Position numbers and translations under genes: made by a program. The notes under the pieces were generated by a model. That model was not told the DNA's origin. It worked only from the letters and a program-made list of their open reading frames with translations, and did no database searches. From Octopus vulgaris (Eukaryota): a stretch of DNA of 64,000 nucleotides. Location of the stretch: contig OX597818.1 in NCBI GenBank assembly GCA_951406725.2, positions 49,786,001-49,850,000 of the forward strand, read 5' to 3'. Shown in pieces: positions 1 to 13,200 of this stretch; the first letter of the stretch is position 1, and each line of letters opens with the position of its first letter.

Positions 1-1614
1 CTGTTGTTGTTTTAAAAGCCCTCTGGTCCTCTGAACTAGCAAAAAGGGTCCTCCATCAGTTTTAATGATGAGTGCTCAGTTATTTGAACAACTGAACTAC
101 CTACTCATTAAATTAGCATGTAAAAGGCTGAGTACTCAAAAAGCACATGTACTCTTAACGTAGTTCTCAGACTAAATTAGCATGACACTGTGACAAAGGA
201 AACCCTTTGAATTGCATGAACAATCCATTTGAGTCTTTCATATTTCCTGTCTAGCCAGTTTCACCTTCAAAGCTTGCCTCAGATGCTATAGAGAAGGACT
301 GAACCTGAGCCCTCATCTTATTGCCAAATCCAACCCCACTTTATTGACATTAGCCCTTTTAAACCAATCCTTCTTCTGTAGAGTGCCAATCATTAGGAAT
401 TTCCTCTTCATCTACATTATTCCCTTAGATATCAGTCTATTAATGTTCAAACTGATTCATATGAATCTCACCAGCCTTGGAGGGCCTGGGAAAGTCATGG
501 GTACTGCACCTTTTCCAAGCTAAAGCAGAAAAGGAAAAAAGCAGTTGTAAGGCTAAAACCACAATGGCTTAAACTAAACACTTTACTAAAGAGCTGTTTT
601 TAGATACAGTTGCAAAATAAATATTCCCACAACTAGAACCAGTTGTGAGACTTGACTACACACCAACATAATTAAAAAACTGTTGGAATTGTAATTGCTT
701 GACAAACGGCTTGCTATAGACCATGTGTTGAAACTGAAACATTTTACAATGTGAGAAAAGTCAACACACACACACGCCCACACACAAACAATATGAAATT
801 TTTTTTGTTTTCTTGACAGTATGCTATAAAATGTCAAAATGTTTTCTTATACACCTATAACCTGGTCACTGAAATGAAATACTTCCCAAGGCATTGTTAA
901 AGATATGAAATAGTTGTTAAGACGTTTCTACAAGGTTTCATACTAGAGCTTCAGAAATATGCTATCTATAGATAGCATATCAAGTAATAGAGATACTATT
1001 TATAGTCTTATCAAGCTTCTGAAGTAGCAATCATACAGACATTTTTCTTAAGATGGTGGGAAAACCAGATTAAGTACAACTGCTATATTTCTAAGAAATA
1101 TAACTATGTGGTTAATGAGTTTATTTCACACTCTTAAGGCTCTAGACTAGATCCCACTGCAGGACACCTTGAGCAAGTGTTTTCTACCACAGCCATGGGT
1201 CAACCCAAGTATTGTGAGTGAAACTGGGTGGATGGAAACTATGCAGAATCTGGCTGAAAATTTAATATAGTACCACTAGGTCCTTAAGTGCTTTAGCAGA
1301 GTCCATTCTGTTGTAAGCATTTAGCTTACATGTCTCTGGTCGGAGGGTAACTCTTGGGCCATGGTTTCAGTCTCAGAGACCTTCCAAATGTCAGGTGGGC
1401 TGGTCCTTCAACCTCTGACAGTCACAAAATACAATAAAAAAGCAGCACAAGTGACCACAGAGAAGTTCCCTTATTGGTTTAATGACTTTGTTGGTTCATA
1501 ATAACAACAGAAACTTTACAAAAAAAAAAAAAAAAAGAAATCACATACAGTTTAGAAAACTTGAAACATTAAAGAAACTATCATCAATTTATTCTGTATT
1601 CTTGATGAACCAGA

Positions 1615-1728
1615 TTTATGATTAAAAATGTTATTAATGGGCCATATTTATGATTAAAAATGTTTTTAATGGACCATATTTATGATTAAAAATGTTTTTA
1701 ATGGAGCAAATTTATGATTAAAAATGTT
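1615..1728. repeat. About 31-bp AT-rich tandem repeat, about 3.5 copies
   Basis: tttatgattaaaaatgtt(a/t)ttaatgg repeated. Confidence 0.8.
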
Positions 1729-2112
1729 CCATACATTACATCTAGAACATTATTTGATGTATGCTTCCTTTTATTTTCAAGATGGCAGGGAAATCTGATT
1801 GCTATTTATAACAAATCAAGTCCCATGTAAAAGGATTGGATTGATTGATATCTCTAACAACCACATTAAGGCTACCATGGCTTCTTGATTTCTTTGTTGT
1901 TTCACATAAGATTGATGTTGAAGGTAGTGGTGATAGAGTATCAGTAAAGTTGACACTTATAGGCATAAACATACAAATTTTATTTGAAATTATTTTCAGG
2001 ATTATATTTTCTGTGTTTACAACATCAAAGAGCATACTCATCAGCAGTTATTTTTCTTCAAAAGTGCTTTTTCCCCACTTAATCTTTGGTTATTATTGTT
2101 GATTAGCTTTAA

Positions 2113-2333
2113 CCCTTTCGTTACTGTATTTCTGTTGAGATGCTCTGTGTTTCTTTCAATTATTTTAAATATAACAAAAGAATTTAGTGAAATAGCTTAG
2201 TTATCATTGAGCTAGTGTTAGGAACATAAATTGTGACTAAGGTTTGGTGGAAGATTTTAATTCAAAACTTATGAAAACAAAACATTTGTACTCAGAGCCA
2301 GAACCGGTTTCAGCTGGGTTGGTAATGAAAGGG
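2113..2333 (+). mobile_element. piggyBac-type MITE (TTAA|CCCTTT...AAAGGG|TTAA)
   Basis: Termini and TTAA flanks; at least five similar copies in the window. Confidence 0.85.
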
Positions 2334-2602
2334 TTAATCTTTGGTTATTATTGTTGATTAGCTTTAAGTCAGCTTTGATTGAACAGACAAATGATCAAAA
2401 GTATTGAGCCATAACCATGCATATTCTCAGCCTCATAGTATAGCTAGGAGTACATTCTCCAATGTTACCTTCCACGTTTGAGAAAGCAGAGTGAGGTTTG
2501 AAGGAGATTTGGCAACTATTCATAGCAAGTCCAGTGACTACATAGAGTTTTTTGCTCTTGTAACTTTCTAGTATCTTTCAGTTACCATTTTGTATAAGTT
2601 GA

Positions 2603-2966
2603 CTGGCACCATTTGAGCATGGCCAATGCTAGTATCGCCCGACTGCCACCTGTGCTGGTGGCATGTAAAAAGCACCATTCAAGTGTGGCCAATGCCAGTG
2701 CCACCCATGCTGGTAGCATGCAAAAAGCACCATTTGAGCATGGCTGGTACCAGTGCCACTTGACTGGCTCCCGTGCTGGTGACATGTAAAAAGCACTCAC
2801 TACACTCTTGGAGAGGTTGGCGTTAGGAAGGGCATCCAGCTGTAGAAACTCTGCCAGATCAGATTGGACCCTGGTACAGCCTCTCAGCTTGAAAGTCCTC
2901 GGACAAACCATCCAGCCCACGCCAGCATGGAAAGCGGACATTAAACGATGATGATTGATGATGATG
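2603..2966 (+). mobile_element. Repeat family C: minisatellite-bearing retroposon with (GAT)n tail
   Basis: GGTTGGCGTTAGGAAGGGCATCCAGCTGTAGAAA...GCATGGAAAGCGGACGTTAAACGATGATG; about 20 copies, e.g. 7960, 11709, 12745, 20505, 22981, 29878, 33170, 39381, 41067, 43995, 46484, 48063, 53074. Confidence 0.82.
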
Positions 2967-3546
2967 AATTTTTAAAAATCATAGTTGGTTGATGGCTTTA
3001 TAAATAAGTGATGACTAGAAATCTTACTAATGCATAACATCAAATATTCTTGGTTTGTTTGCATAAATCAAGGATTGCATTATTCAGAGATTAAACATTT
3101 TGTTTCTAGAATCTTTTCTAGAAAGATTCTAGAAACAATATTTTTTCAGTTCAGTGTATAGTGTATATAGTGACATCATTTGTTATTTACTTACCCTCAG
3201 ACATAAACAATATTAAACATAAAAGAAGAATTAAATATGAAATATTTATAATGAAAACATGCTTGTTGAGTTTCATGCAGAGAATGTTAAATAACAAAAT
3301 GGATTTAAAGAAACTGATTCATTAAAAGAAGAGTTTTAGAAAGTCTTATGAAATATTTATAGATAAACAATGTTAATAAAAGCTGTTATTTCAGAACTAA
3401 TGCAAAAAAAAAAAAATAGTGTAAGGACGCATGCATATTATTAGGTAAAAGAAGCAGAAGATTTCATGCATATATAAATATCTAAAGGACTTAAGGACTT
3501 CCAGGAGAAATTTATAACAAATGGGCCCTATACACCAAATCCTTAC

Positions 3547-3594
3547 CTGTACAGGTGCCGGGTCAACCAAGGGGGGATCATTCCAGCCTGAATG
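3547..3594 (-). CDS. SEC31: Sec31 micro-exon 23 ([16 protein letters not shown])
   Basis: 48 nt, phase 0-0, acceptor tttttatctctgtag, donor CAG|gtaagg, second WNDPP. Confidence 0.85.
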
Positions 3595-3844
3595 CTACAG
3601 AGATAAAAATGGAAGTTCTACAAGGGATACATTTATAGTGCACAAAGCTAAATTTAATAAGCATAGATGCAAAATACTTTAGATTTACATTCTCTTCGGG
3701 ATAGACTTTGTCAATTAGAACTTGGCATCTTGGAGTCTTTTTTTTCTCACATTGCAGACTTGTGGAACTTTTGATTTAACTGATAAGATGTACATATTCC
3801 TGGTTTAGTTATACAGCACACTCATTTCATGTTCTGAACCCAAT

Positions 3845-3902
<58 letters not shown>

Positions 3903-6900
3903 ATGATAGATCGTTAGCCACTACACACATTTTTTTCTCTGCTTTTTTTCTCTCCTTGTTTTTTCTGTATCCTTTTCTGTAGAAGAGCGCAGGCTCGAAA
4001 TGTAAAAGACTTTTTCTATTCCTGAGCGTTATACTAATACACCTGTTTGTTTTGTACACCACCTGTCTTCGTCTTTTGTTTTTTTCGTAAACTCTCCCTA
4101 TATATATATAAATACACCCAATGTTGGAGTGAAGATTTACTTAGGTTAAGAAAGATCAAATGATAATCAGTAACAGAACAACTGAGATACACCAGTCACC
4201 ATAAGCTCTCACCAAGTCCAATAAATAAATACACACACACACACCCACACACAGAGGTATAATATGATTAAGAAGTTCTTTGCACCACCACAAAGTCCTG
4301 GGTTCAATTCCATTATGTGGCCTCATGATCATATGTTACTATATGTGTAGAAGCCTATTGGGTGGATTATTTCAGCAGTTCAAGAAGGCACAGCCTTGTC
4401 ACACCCTGTGTCATGCTGGCTCTGCCTGAGAATTACAATAAGGGTACACATGTTTGGAATACTCAGTCCTTTACACATTAATTCAGGAGCTGGTAATTTG
4501 GTTGATTGAATAACAGAATCTTTGTTAATAGAAATCCACTATTACACACACACACACACAAACACACAAGTCGTTATGTTGATTTGAGCAAGGTTAATTA
4601 TATATTTTATAGTTTCATTATTTTGTACATCAACTCCAAAACAAAGTATATTTATATACACGAAATGGATTAATTTTACCCTATTCAAATCACTACATCT
4701 TCTTTTTATCATTTCCCATCTAAAGCTAACCAGAAATTGTCAACTAGTTTATTGGCAGTGTGCATGCTATCACAATCTTCAGTCTTTATTCATAACAGAG
4801 CTGTATATCTCCTTTAATGTCTTCTATAAATATTATATAGGTTTTGATGTTTCTAAGTTGGCAGTCTGTTTATTGCAGTTGGCTTATCCCCATCCTATGA
4901 TGTATTATTCTTGTTTATATCATTTGAAGTCAATCATCAGGGCTTTGTTTCCTACTCTCATATATCCAAATAAACATTAACTGCTCTGAACACACTATCT
5001 TTGATGCAAAGCTAGCAGTCATGGACCAAAATAGTAATGAGACAATCCAGAGTACATCTAGAAAAGGGCCCTTAACTGACTGACATAGAGTCACTCACAG
5101 ACATGCTTCAACCACTGATTCTTAGGCACGCTGTCTACCCCCTCTCTGTCTCTTATACTGCTACTATCTGGCTTTTGCTCCTCAGAGCTGCCTGGGCTCA
5201 TGCAACTCTCAAGCATTCCTATTTTGCTCACCTCTCTTTTCCTCATCACTGTTGTTGTGTTCAACTCCCTAAGCTTCACACTAATCACTATGCAAGTCCT
5301 TCCGTCCCAGAACATCAACTCTTTGGAACCTCTCCCGAATGCCCTTCCTGCTCTATCTTTCCAGCAAGTGTTTAACATACAAAGGTTTAAGAGTACCATT
5401 AATGGCATCAATCTCACCAGTCTAGAAGGCCCTGCAAAGGCCACAAGTGCTGCCCTTTCCTTCGAGCCAGCACTTAGGGAAAAAAAATGGTTACAGATAT
5501 TGAGATTGATAACTCAATACAAATGTAACTACCACATTCTCACAAGGGAAATATTGTATAAAACCTTAAGGCAACGCAGGCATTAAGTGCAGAGGTAACT
5601 AATAACCACATTCTAGCTTGCATTAAGCAACATTTGCAAAATAATATAACAAGCAGGAAAAATTATTTTATCAATTGTTGAAAACATAATATAATAGTTT
5701 TATAAAATAAATTTTCTTTTGTTAAAATTTTTAAAAAATACACAAAATCATTAACTGTTATTTACATGTCAATTAGTTTGTCTATTATTTGGAAATGTTA
5801 AATGAGATATATACATCTATATAATACTAAAAGTCTGTGATTGCTTGCTTGCGTGCTTAATACAGCCAAACTGGCGCATAATGGGAAAAGCCTCTGAAAG
5901 TAAGATACCCCTGAAATGTGAATACAAACAGAGTAAAATAAGTTTTGCATAAATCGGACCAAAGATTCCCAAGATACATGGTTTTTGTGGGTTTGTTTCC
6001 ACAAATTGAAGCAGTGGAAACCTGGAGTTATTGCCCTTTATTGTGTAGTCCCCCTGAAATGAGAATACAAATTGAATAAGACAAGTTCCATGTAAATCAG
6101 ACCACAGTTTCCTGAGACACATGGTTTTCTCAGGTACCGTTATGATTGCTTGTTTGCATGCTTGCTTGTCTGTAATTTAATAGTCAAACCGGTGCATAAT
6201 GAGAAAATACTTTGAAAGTGAGGTACCATTGAAATGGGAATGCAAACAGAATAAAACAAGTTTCATGTAAATTGGACCGCAGGTTCCCGAGATATGCAGT
6301 TTTTTTGGGTACCTTGAATTATTGGTGACCCAACAGGTCATAGGTAATCTAGTACATATATATATATATGTATCCTTAATGAAGAATTATTTTATGAATG
6401 GACAATATTTACTCCATCTAATTGTAGTAAATATTAGCTATTTGTTTAATTTTCTAGATTATTCATAGTTAATTATAAAGATTACTCTTAACTCAATGGA
6501 ATATTTAAATATAAAATATTTTATAGTACTGCTAACGGTGTATTTATATTTTGTTCTTTTTCAATCGTTTGCTTTATTTCCACTGCTTCGAACCATTGCA
6601 GTTGAAACAATAAATTAACAGTGGTTTAAAAGTTAAAAAATAGTTCAAAACTAAACTTCAATTTTGTCGTTTCCATTTGTAGTGTTCTTCAGGTATACAC
6701 ATTTTTCAACATACTTTACATCTACTGAAGTGAATTTTTTCCACTCCAGTAGTGAATATTATGACATATTTAGCTATAAAATATATACATTATTATACAT
6801 ATTTATAAATTTGTAGTACCATAAAATTTCTATTCCTATTGGAAAGTAGATTTATAATTTTACAAGACAAATTCTTGATATTCAATAGTTTTTTTTTCTT

Positions 6901-9900
6901 TGTCAACAAACTGGTAAAATCTGTTTTATATTATCAAGTATTATTATCAAAGTTAAGGTAGATAAATGAAAAATTTTTGCCTTTCTTTGACTTTCTTTAT
7001 CAGTGATTCATCTCACCTTTATCTATTAAATATTTACAGAACCTGCAAATGTTTTAGATTGGATTTTGTTCTAACATTTGCCCCAAGTAAAATAGATATC
7101 TTAAGACATTCTAAACTGCTACGAAAAGTTCTCGGGCAATATTTCACCCCCAAACACTGGAACAGATACGGAAAAAAAAATGTTTAGTCTACAATGATGT
7201 TCAGCATGATTCTTATTAAAATGTTATTCATATACTATCTATTGAAAAATGTTCTATTATTTCAAATATAAGAATTTCTAAACAGAAGTTCGCCAAGGAA
7301 ATAACCAGATTAATTTGCAGTTTTTCCTTAATCTACGTATGTTACTTTGAAAAAAAAAAACATGTTAACATAATTTTTATTAAGTGTAACACACAACCAT
7401 TATCATAATGGTGTTTATTGATCTAATTCAGTTTATGACATGTTGCTTTGTGTTGTGTTGTGATTTGTGACACAATCCAAATTCAATTCAGTGAAACAAG
7501 TGCAAATCAAGAGAAAAATTCAAGAGAACAAGGTGAAGTTAACATTTTCAAACTTGTCTGTTAGTAAAATGATATGAAATCATAACAATTAAAATTTTTT
7601 TTAAATATTAAAAAATTTTCCTCTGTGATTTTAGTTTGTAAGGAACTGCAAACAACACAGACTATTATAAAAGTAATAATCATATGCCATAAAAAATATC
7701 AAGCTTATAAATAAAAGCTTTAACTTTTATATAACTGTAATCCGCATTAGTAGACAAAGGTCAAAGAATAAGAGAGAGACTCTGCTATTATCCTTGCAAA
7801 AAAGTATTCTCTTCCTCTATAAATATTGTACTTCAGTAAGAAATTAATAATAATGGTAATTGAGGTAATCAAAGAGTTTTCCCAGTAACATTGGTTACAT
7901 GACACACAGCAATTTAAATTTACTTTTACCTTGAAACTATATTTCATCATTTCGCCTTACTAGCACTTGTACTGGTGGCACATGAAACATTCGAGCGAGG
8001 TCGTCGCCAGTGTCGCTGGACTGGCTCCTGTGCAGGAGGCACATAAAAAGCACCATTTGAGCATGGCTGTTGCCAATACCACCTGACCGGCCCTCGTGCC
8101 GGTGGCACGTAAAAGCACCCACTACACTCTCGGAGTGGTTGGCATTAGGAAGGGCATCCAGCTGTAGAAACTCTGCCAGATCAGATTGGAGTCTGGTTCG
8201 CCAGACCTCAGTCAAATCGTCCAACCCATGCTAGCATGGAAAGTGGACGTTAAATGATGATGATGATGAATCTTAAGTTATTGTATTATGTTATTTTCAT
8301 TAGTAGTATATGTATCTATAAATTTCGGCCTTCATTATATCAACAGGCTTACACGAGCAACAAAGTAAAAGAAGCACTTAGCACCTGAGTACTATACAAT
8401 AAGCTCATTACTATTTATTATTATTACTATTTTGTGGAAGGCAGAAAGCCGGCACAATTGTTACCATGCCAGACAAAATGCATAGTGGCATTTCTTCTGG
8501 CTTTACATTCTGAGTTCAAATTCTGCCAAGGTCAATTTGGTATTTAATCCTTTCAGGGTTCGATGAAATAAGTTCCAGTTCAGTACTGGGGATGATGTAA
8601 TCAACTGGCCATCTCCCTCAAAATTTCAAGCTTTGTGCTTAGAGTACAAAGGGCTATTACTATTTTGGAGATCAGAAAAATGATAATCACATATTATAAC
8701 ATGTAACTCTGAATAAGGTGTGAGAGAAACTGCTAAACCCAATGTGGTGATCTTTTACAATCAAGATTCCTAAAAAGCTCTGAGAAAAAAAAGCTATTTA
8801 ATCTGAGGCAATTATTGATCCAGTAAATTTACGAGCAAAGGTATTCAAACCCAAATTATCCAATCTTTATTTCAGACTAAAGTATAACTGGTGTAATTGT
8901 TATCTAATGTGCTTTTGGCTACTATTTCTGGTAGGTTTCATGACTGCATAGTAATTCACTAGCTGTTTTGAAGGAAAAATATTAAAATTACTACATATTT
9001 TTAGCAGAAAAAGTAAGAAGTTACTTTTGTAAATCCCTAAAGCAAACATAATACAAAAAGCTATTTGTAATTCAACCATCAGAATAAATATACATGACGA
9101 TACTAATTTAGTGTTAGTTATCTGTAACAAAACATCTCTGAGAATATGTTAATAGCAATTTCAATGAATAAATTCTGATGAGATGACAAAATAATGAAAT
9201 TACAAACATTTAATTTTTGTTTCTCAATTGATTTGTTGAAATGACAGCATGAAAGATAATGAAGAGAAAAATGAATTGTTACATCAATAATAAAAGGTCT
9301 AGTTGAGATGTGAAAAGTGTTGCAGTGTTTTTTACTATATAAACAAGCAATCTAAGAACCATCACATTTTGGTAAAAGATTCTTGTCAAGAACCTTTATA
9401 TCACATTATAAAAGAACTTTCTGCAACAAAAACTAAATACATAATTAGAAAAGAAAAAACACAAAATGCTTTGCAAAATAGGATACGAGACCAGTGTCAC
9501 ATTTTAGATTTGATTGACTTACACGTGAGTTGTTCACATTATCTTTAAACACAGGTGGATCATTCCAAGGTGTGTTAGGTTTCATTTCTTGGAAGGAAGG
9601 AATATCTCCCATTGGAGCAGAAGCTTGTGGAGCCACTAGAAAGCAGAAATATCAAAATGAAAAGATGTCTAAAATTGCCAATGTATAAACAACTTTTAAT
9701 ACATTAAATTACTATAACATTTTCAGTATGAATGTTTTTAACAAGAAAAACAAATGGTTTTTTTGTGACAATTTGCTTTTGGGTTTCAATAAGTTGACTA
9801 CTTTAATTGTATAATTGATGTTCTGCAAGTTAAAAGACAGAGATCAGACAAATGATTACTTGTTGATGTTATTTGGTTTGGGTGCAGATGTGACTTATGG

Positions 9901-10236
9901 TTAAGAAGTTCACTTCACATAACAATCATGTGGTCTTGACTTCAGTCCAATTGTGTAGCATCCTCTGAGTCTTTTATTGTGGACCAGAGCTGACCAATGC
10001 TTTTTGAGTCAATTTGCTAGACAGAAACTATATGAAGCCTGTCGTGTGTGTGTGTGAGTGGGTGCAAATTTATATCCTGTGAACTTTGAATGAAAAAGCT
10101 CTGAGCTATAATCCTCAAGGTTTGTTCTTTTCCTCTTAACAAGTTTGCTGGACCTGTGCTCTTGAGGATGTATGGATTAAAGGACCCATTACTTGAAAAA
10201 CAGGTAAGGGTTAGCAATATATAGGGTATTTGGCTG

Positions 10237-10275
<39 letters not shown>

Positions 10276-13200
10276 GACATCTAATCCTTGCTAACTTAGA
10301 AAGCTAAGCACATTTGTAGAATAAATTATAAATTTATTCAATTTTTTTAATGTTTTACACAACTGACAACAATGATCTGTTTTGTAGTTTATGAGTATAT
10401 TCATGTCTCAATGCATAAAATAATTACTAATTTCTCAATATATTTGGGTTGAAATTTTTATGAAGGTTTGGCACGTATATGTAACAAGATGAAATGATGG
10501 GGATCTTCTGACTGTATATGTTTAAATTAAGATAGTTGAGACCCCCTTCTGTCATGAATGACCATGGGATTGCACCTACAAAGTTACACTCCGAGGCACA
10601 AGTCTGGGCAAGGTTGTTTATGGAAGGCCAGCAGTCACCCATGCATACCAGCCTCCCCTCTCCATGCCACCAGTGTTATCCAAGGGAAAGGCAAACGGGC
10701 CAATACAGCTTGGCACCAGTGACATCACAACTCATTTCTACAGCTGAGTGAACTGAAGCAATGTGAAATAAAGTGTCTTGCTCAAGAAGACAACACGCAG
10801 CCCGGTCCAGGAATCGAACTCAAAACCTGACGATCATAATCTCGATGCTCTAACCATTGAGCCATGGTTAATCATTGAGACAGTAAGTAGAGACAAATGT
10901 AGAAGCCCCAACTTCAGATCTTGATTCTACATAAAAGTTGTAACTTGTTCTTGTAGACTTCTGATAATGTGTTTGTTTTCCCATATATTTTTGTTCTGCC
11001 TGTTAATGTCTATCATGGATATCACATTATTATGCTAGTAACCAAACCATACTTGCTAAGCTACTCACCTATAATTTAAGACTGAAACATGTGGATGCAA
11101 TGTTAGAATTGGAAGAAACTGGTTAAGCGATGCATTCTGCACAATACCAATATGCTACATAATTTCATAGAATTTTCTTCACTGGTTTCTGGTTTTAAGC
11201 AAGTTGAAAAATAAACAATCTCTGAGAAAAAGTAACACTCAAATGATATGAATCAAAATCATGATGTATCTCAAGATACCAGTATCCACCCTGTTATGTA
11301 ATCATTAACACATGCACCCTGTCAAAACTATTATGATACAACACTTGCATATTATTACATAGGACAAAATTAAATATTTTACCTGGTGCTGAATTTGGAT
11401 TGTATACATTGGATGGCTGCATTGGTTGTTGTTGATGATAAGTATTTGAAGTTTGGTAAGAATTTGGACTAAAATATAGAAGAGAAGAGATTATTGTTTT
11501 AATTACTGAAAGGTGCAATTTTAATTAAAATGCAGAGAAATAAAAAGGTGATTTCTTGTATATTTCTGTAATATAAGGAATCAATTCATTCCCAAAATCT
11601 AATCAGAAAGTTCTAATTTTTTTTCTAAATGAATAAGCAAAAATTATAAAAATAGTCTACAGGTAAATTCTTGAATTTATGTAGTCTTTCTTTTTTTTTC
11701 TAAGTACTCACATCATCATCATCGTTTAACATCCGCTTTCCATGCTGGCATGGGTTGGATGATTTGACTGAGGTCTGGCAAACTAGATGGCTGCACCAGG
11801 CTCCAATCTTGATCTGGCAGAGTTTCTACAGCTGGATGCCCTTACTAACGCCAACCACTCCAAGAGTGTAGTGGGTGCTTTTACATGCCACCAGCATGAG
11901 GGCCAGTCAGGCGGTACTGGCAACAACCTCACTTGAATCTTTTTACACATGCCACTGGCACAACTCTTTAATAAAATTTATATCAAAGTCTTGTATAGTA
12001 CAATTCCGCTGAGAAAAGGTTATGTCCTTATATAACACCAAAGAAAAGTAAATCAACTGCATGAAATTAGAATTATGTCCTCTAGACAACTCCTGCTCAA
12101 AAAGGCATTGTTACTAACCATGACATTGTCAGCAAAACCCCTCCACCAAAATCCTATATCAACTTATCACAGAACCCACATATAAATAGCCTTTACTAGC
12201 ATGTTAGCTACAAAATGAACACATTTGATAGTTAATCTGTAAACTTTGATAATGACTGAGCAACTGCCAAAAAAACAAGGAAGGAAACAGAAGATGCTTT
12301 GGGCCATCAAGTCTGTTCATTGATAATTAATGAAGATAATGACTTCAACCATATGGCGTCTGAACAGGGGCTATAACCATACAAGGTACCACATATGACA
12401 CTTTCTGTGTGCTGAAAGTGTGGTGATACTTCATTGCTGCATATGTGTATAGTAGAGGACACCAGCCAACGGTGTTCATGTAGGGGATCAAACCTCTGAC
12501 CATATAGTTTCTAGACGGGAAGCTTGCAATGCAACTTGTGGAGTCCATGTCTTGCTTGTATATTCCACTTTTTGATATATTTTTATGTGGTTAGATGCTC
12601 TTTTTTTCATCATACAGAGTCCTCTGGGTGTATTTTATCATGCCACAAGTAGAAGTGAGCCTGTTTGTGACAGGACTAGGGAACACCTTTCCACACCCTC
12701 AACCCTGCATCAGTTTCTATTTGGAGCTACAGACTTCATTGTTTCATTTAAAGCCTGCTTTCCATGCAAGTATGGGTTGGACGATTTGACTGAGGACTGG
12801 CAAACCAGATGGCTGCACCAGACTCCAATCTGATCTGGCAGAGTTTCTACAGCTGGATGCCCTTCCTAACACCAACCACTCCGAGAGTGTAGTGGGTGCT
12901 TTTACATGCCACCGGCAAGAGGGCCAGTCAGGCGATACTGGCAATGGCCATGCTCAAATGGTGCTTTTTATGTGCCACCTGCACAGGAGCCAGTCCAGTG
13001 GCACTGGCAACAATCTCGCTCGAATGTTTCTGAAGCATTTTCCTTATTACTAATTTAAGAATGTAAAAAAGCTTCCGATGTTAACTTATATAAAAAGTGG
13101 AGTGAAAACTAGCATTTCACTTTAGAGTGAGTAAACACTTTTGAGTTTCTACAAGGCTTAAGTGAAACTCACAATGGAATCCTGCTCCTATATCTGGGAT

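Noticed and set aside
1802-2041. Possible further Sec31 exon in the minus-strand 79-aa ORF
   Set aside because: No recognisable Sec31 motif and no convincing phase-0 acceptor and donor pair
2582-2941. Recurrent ORFs containing [12 protein letters not shown] (many loci)
   Set aside because: Translations of repeat family C, not a gene family; frames are not conserved among copies
9175-9215. Isolated CTGATGA hits (also near 45467, 46182, 57258)
   Set aside because: No supporting stem II, GAAA and stem I arrangement; expected by chance
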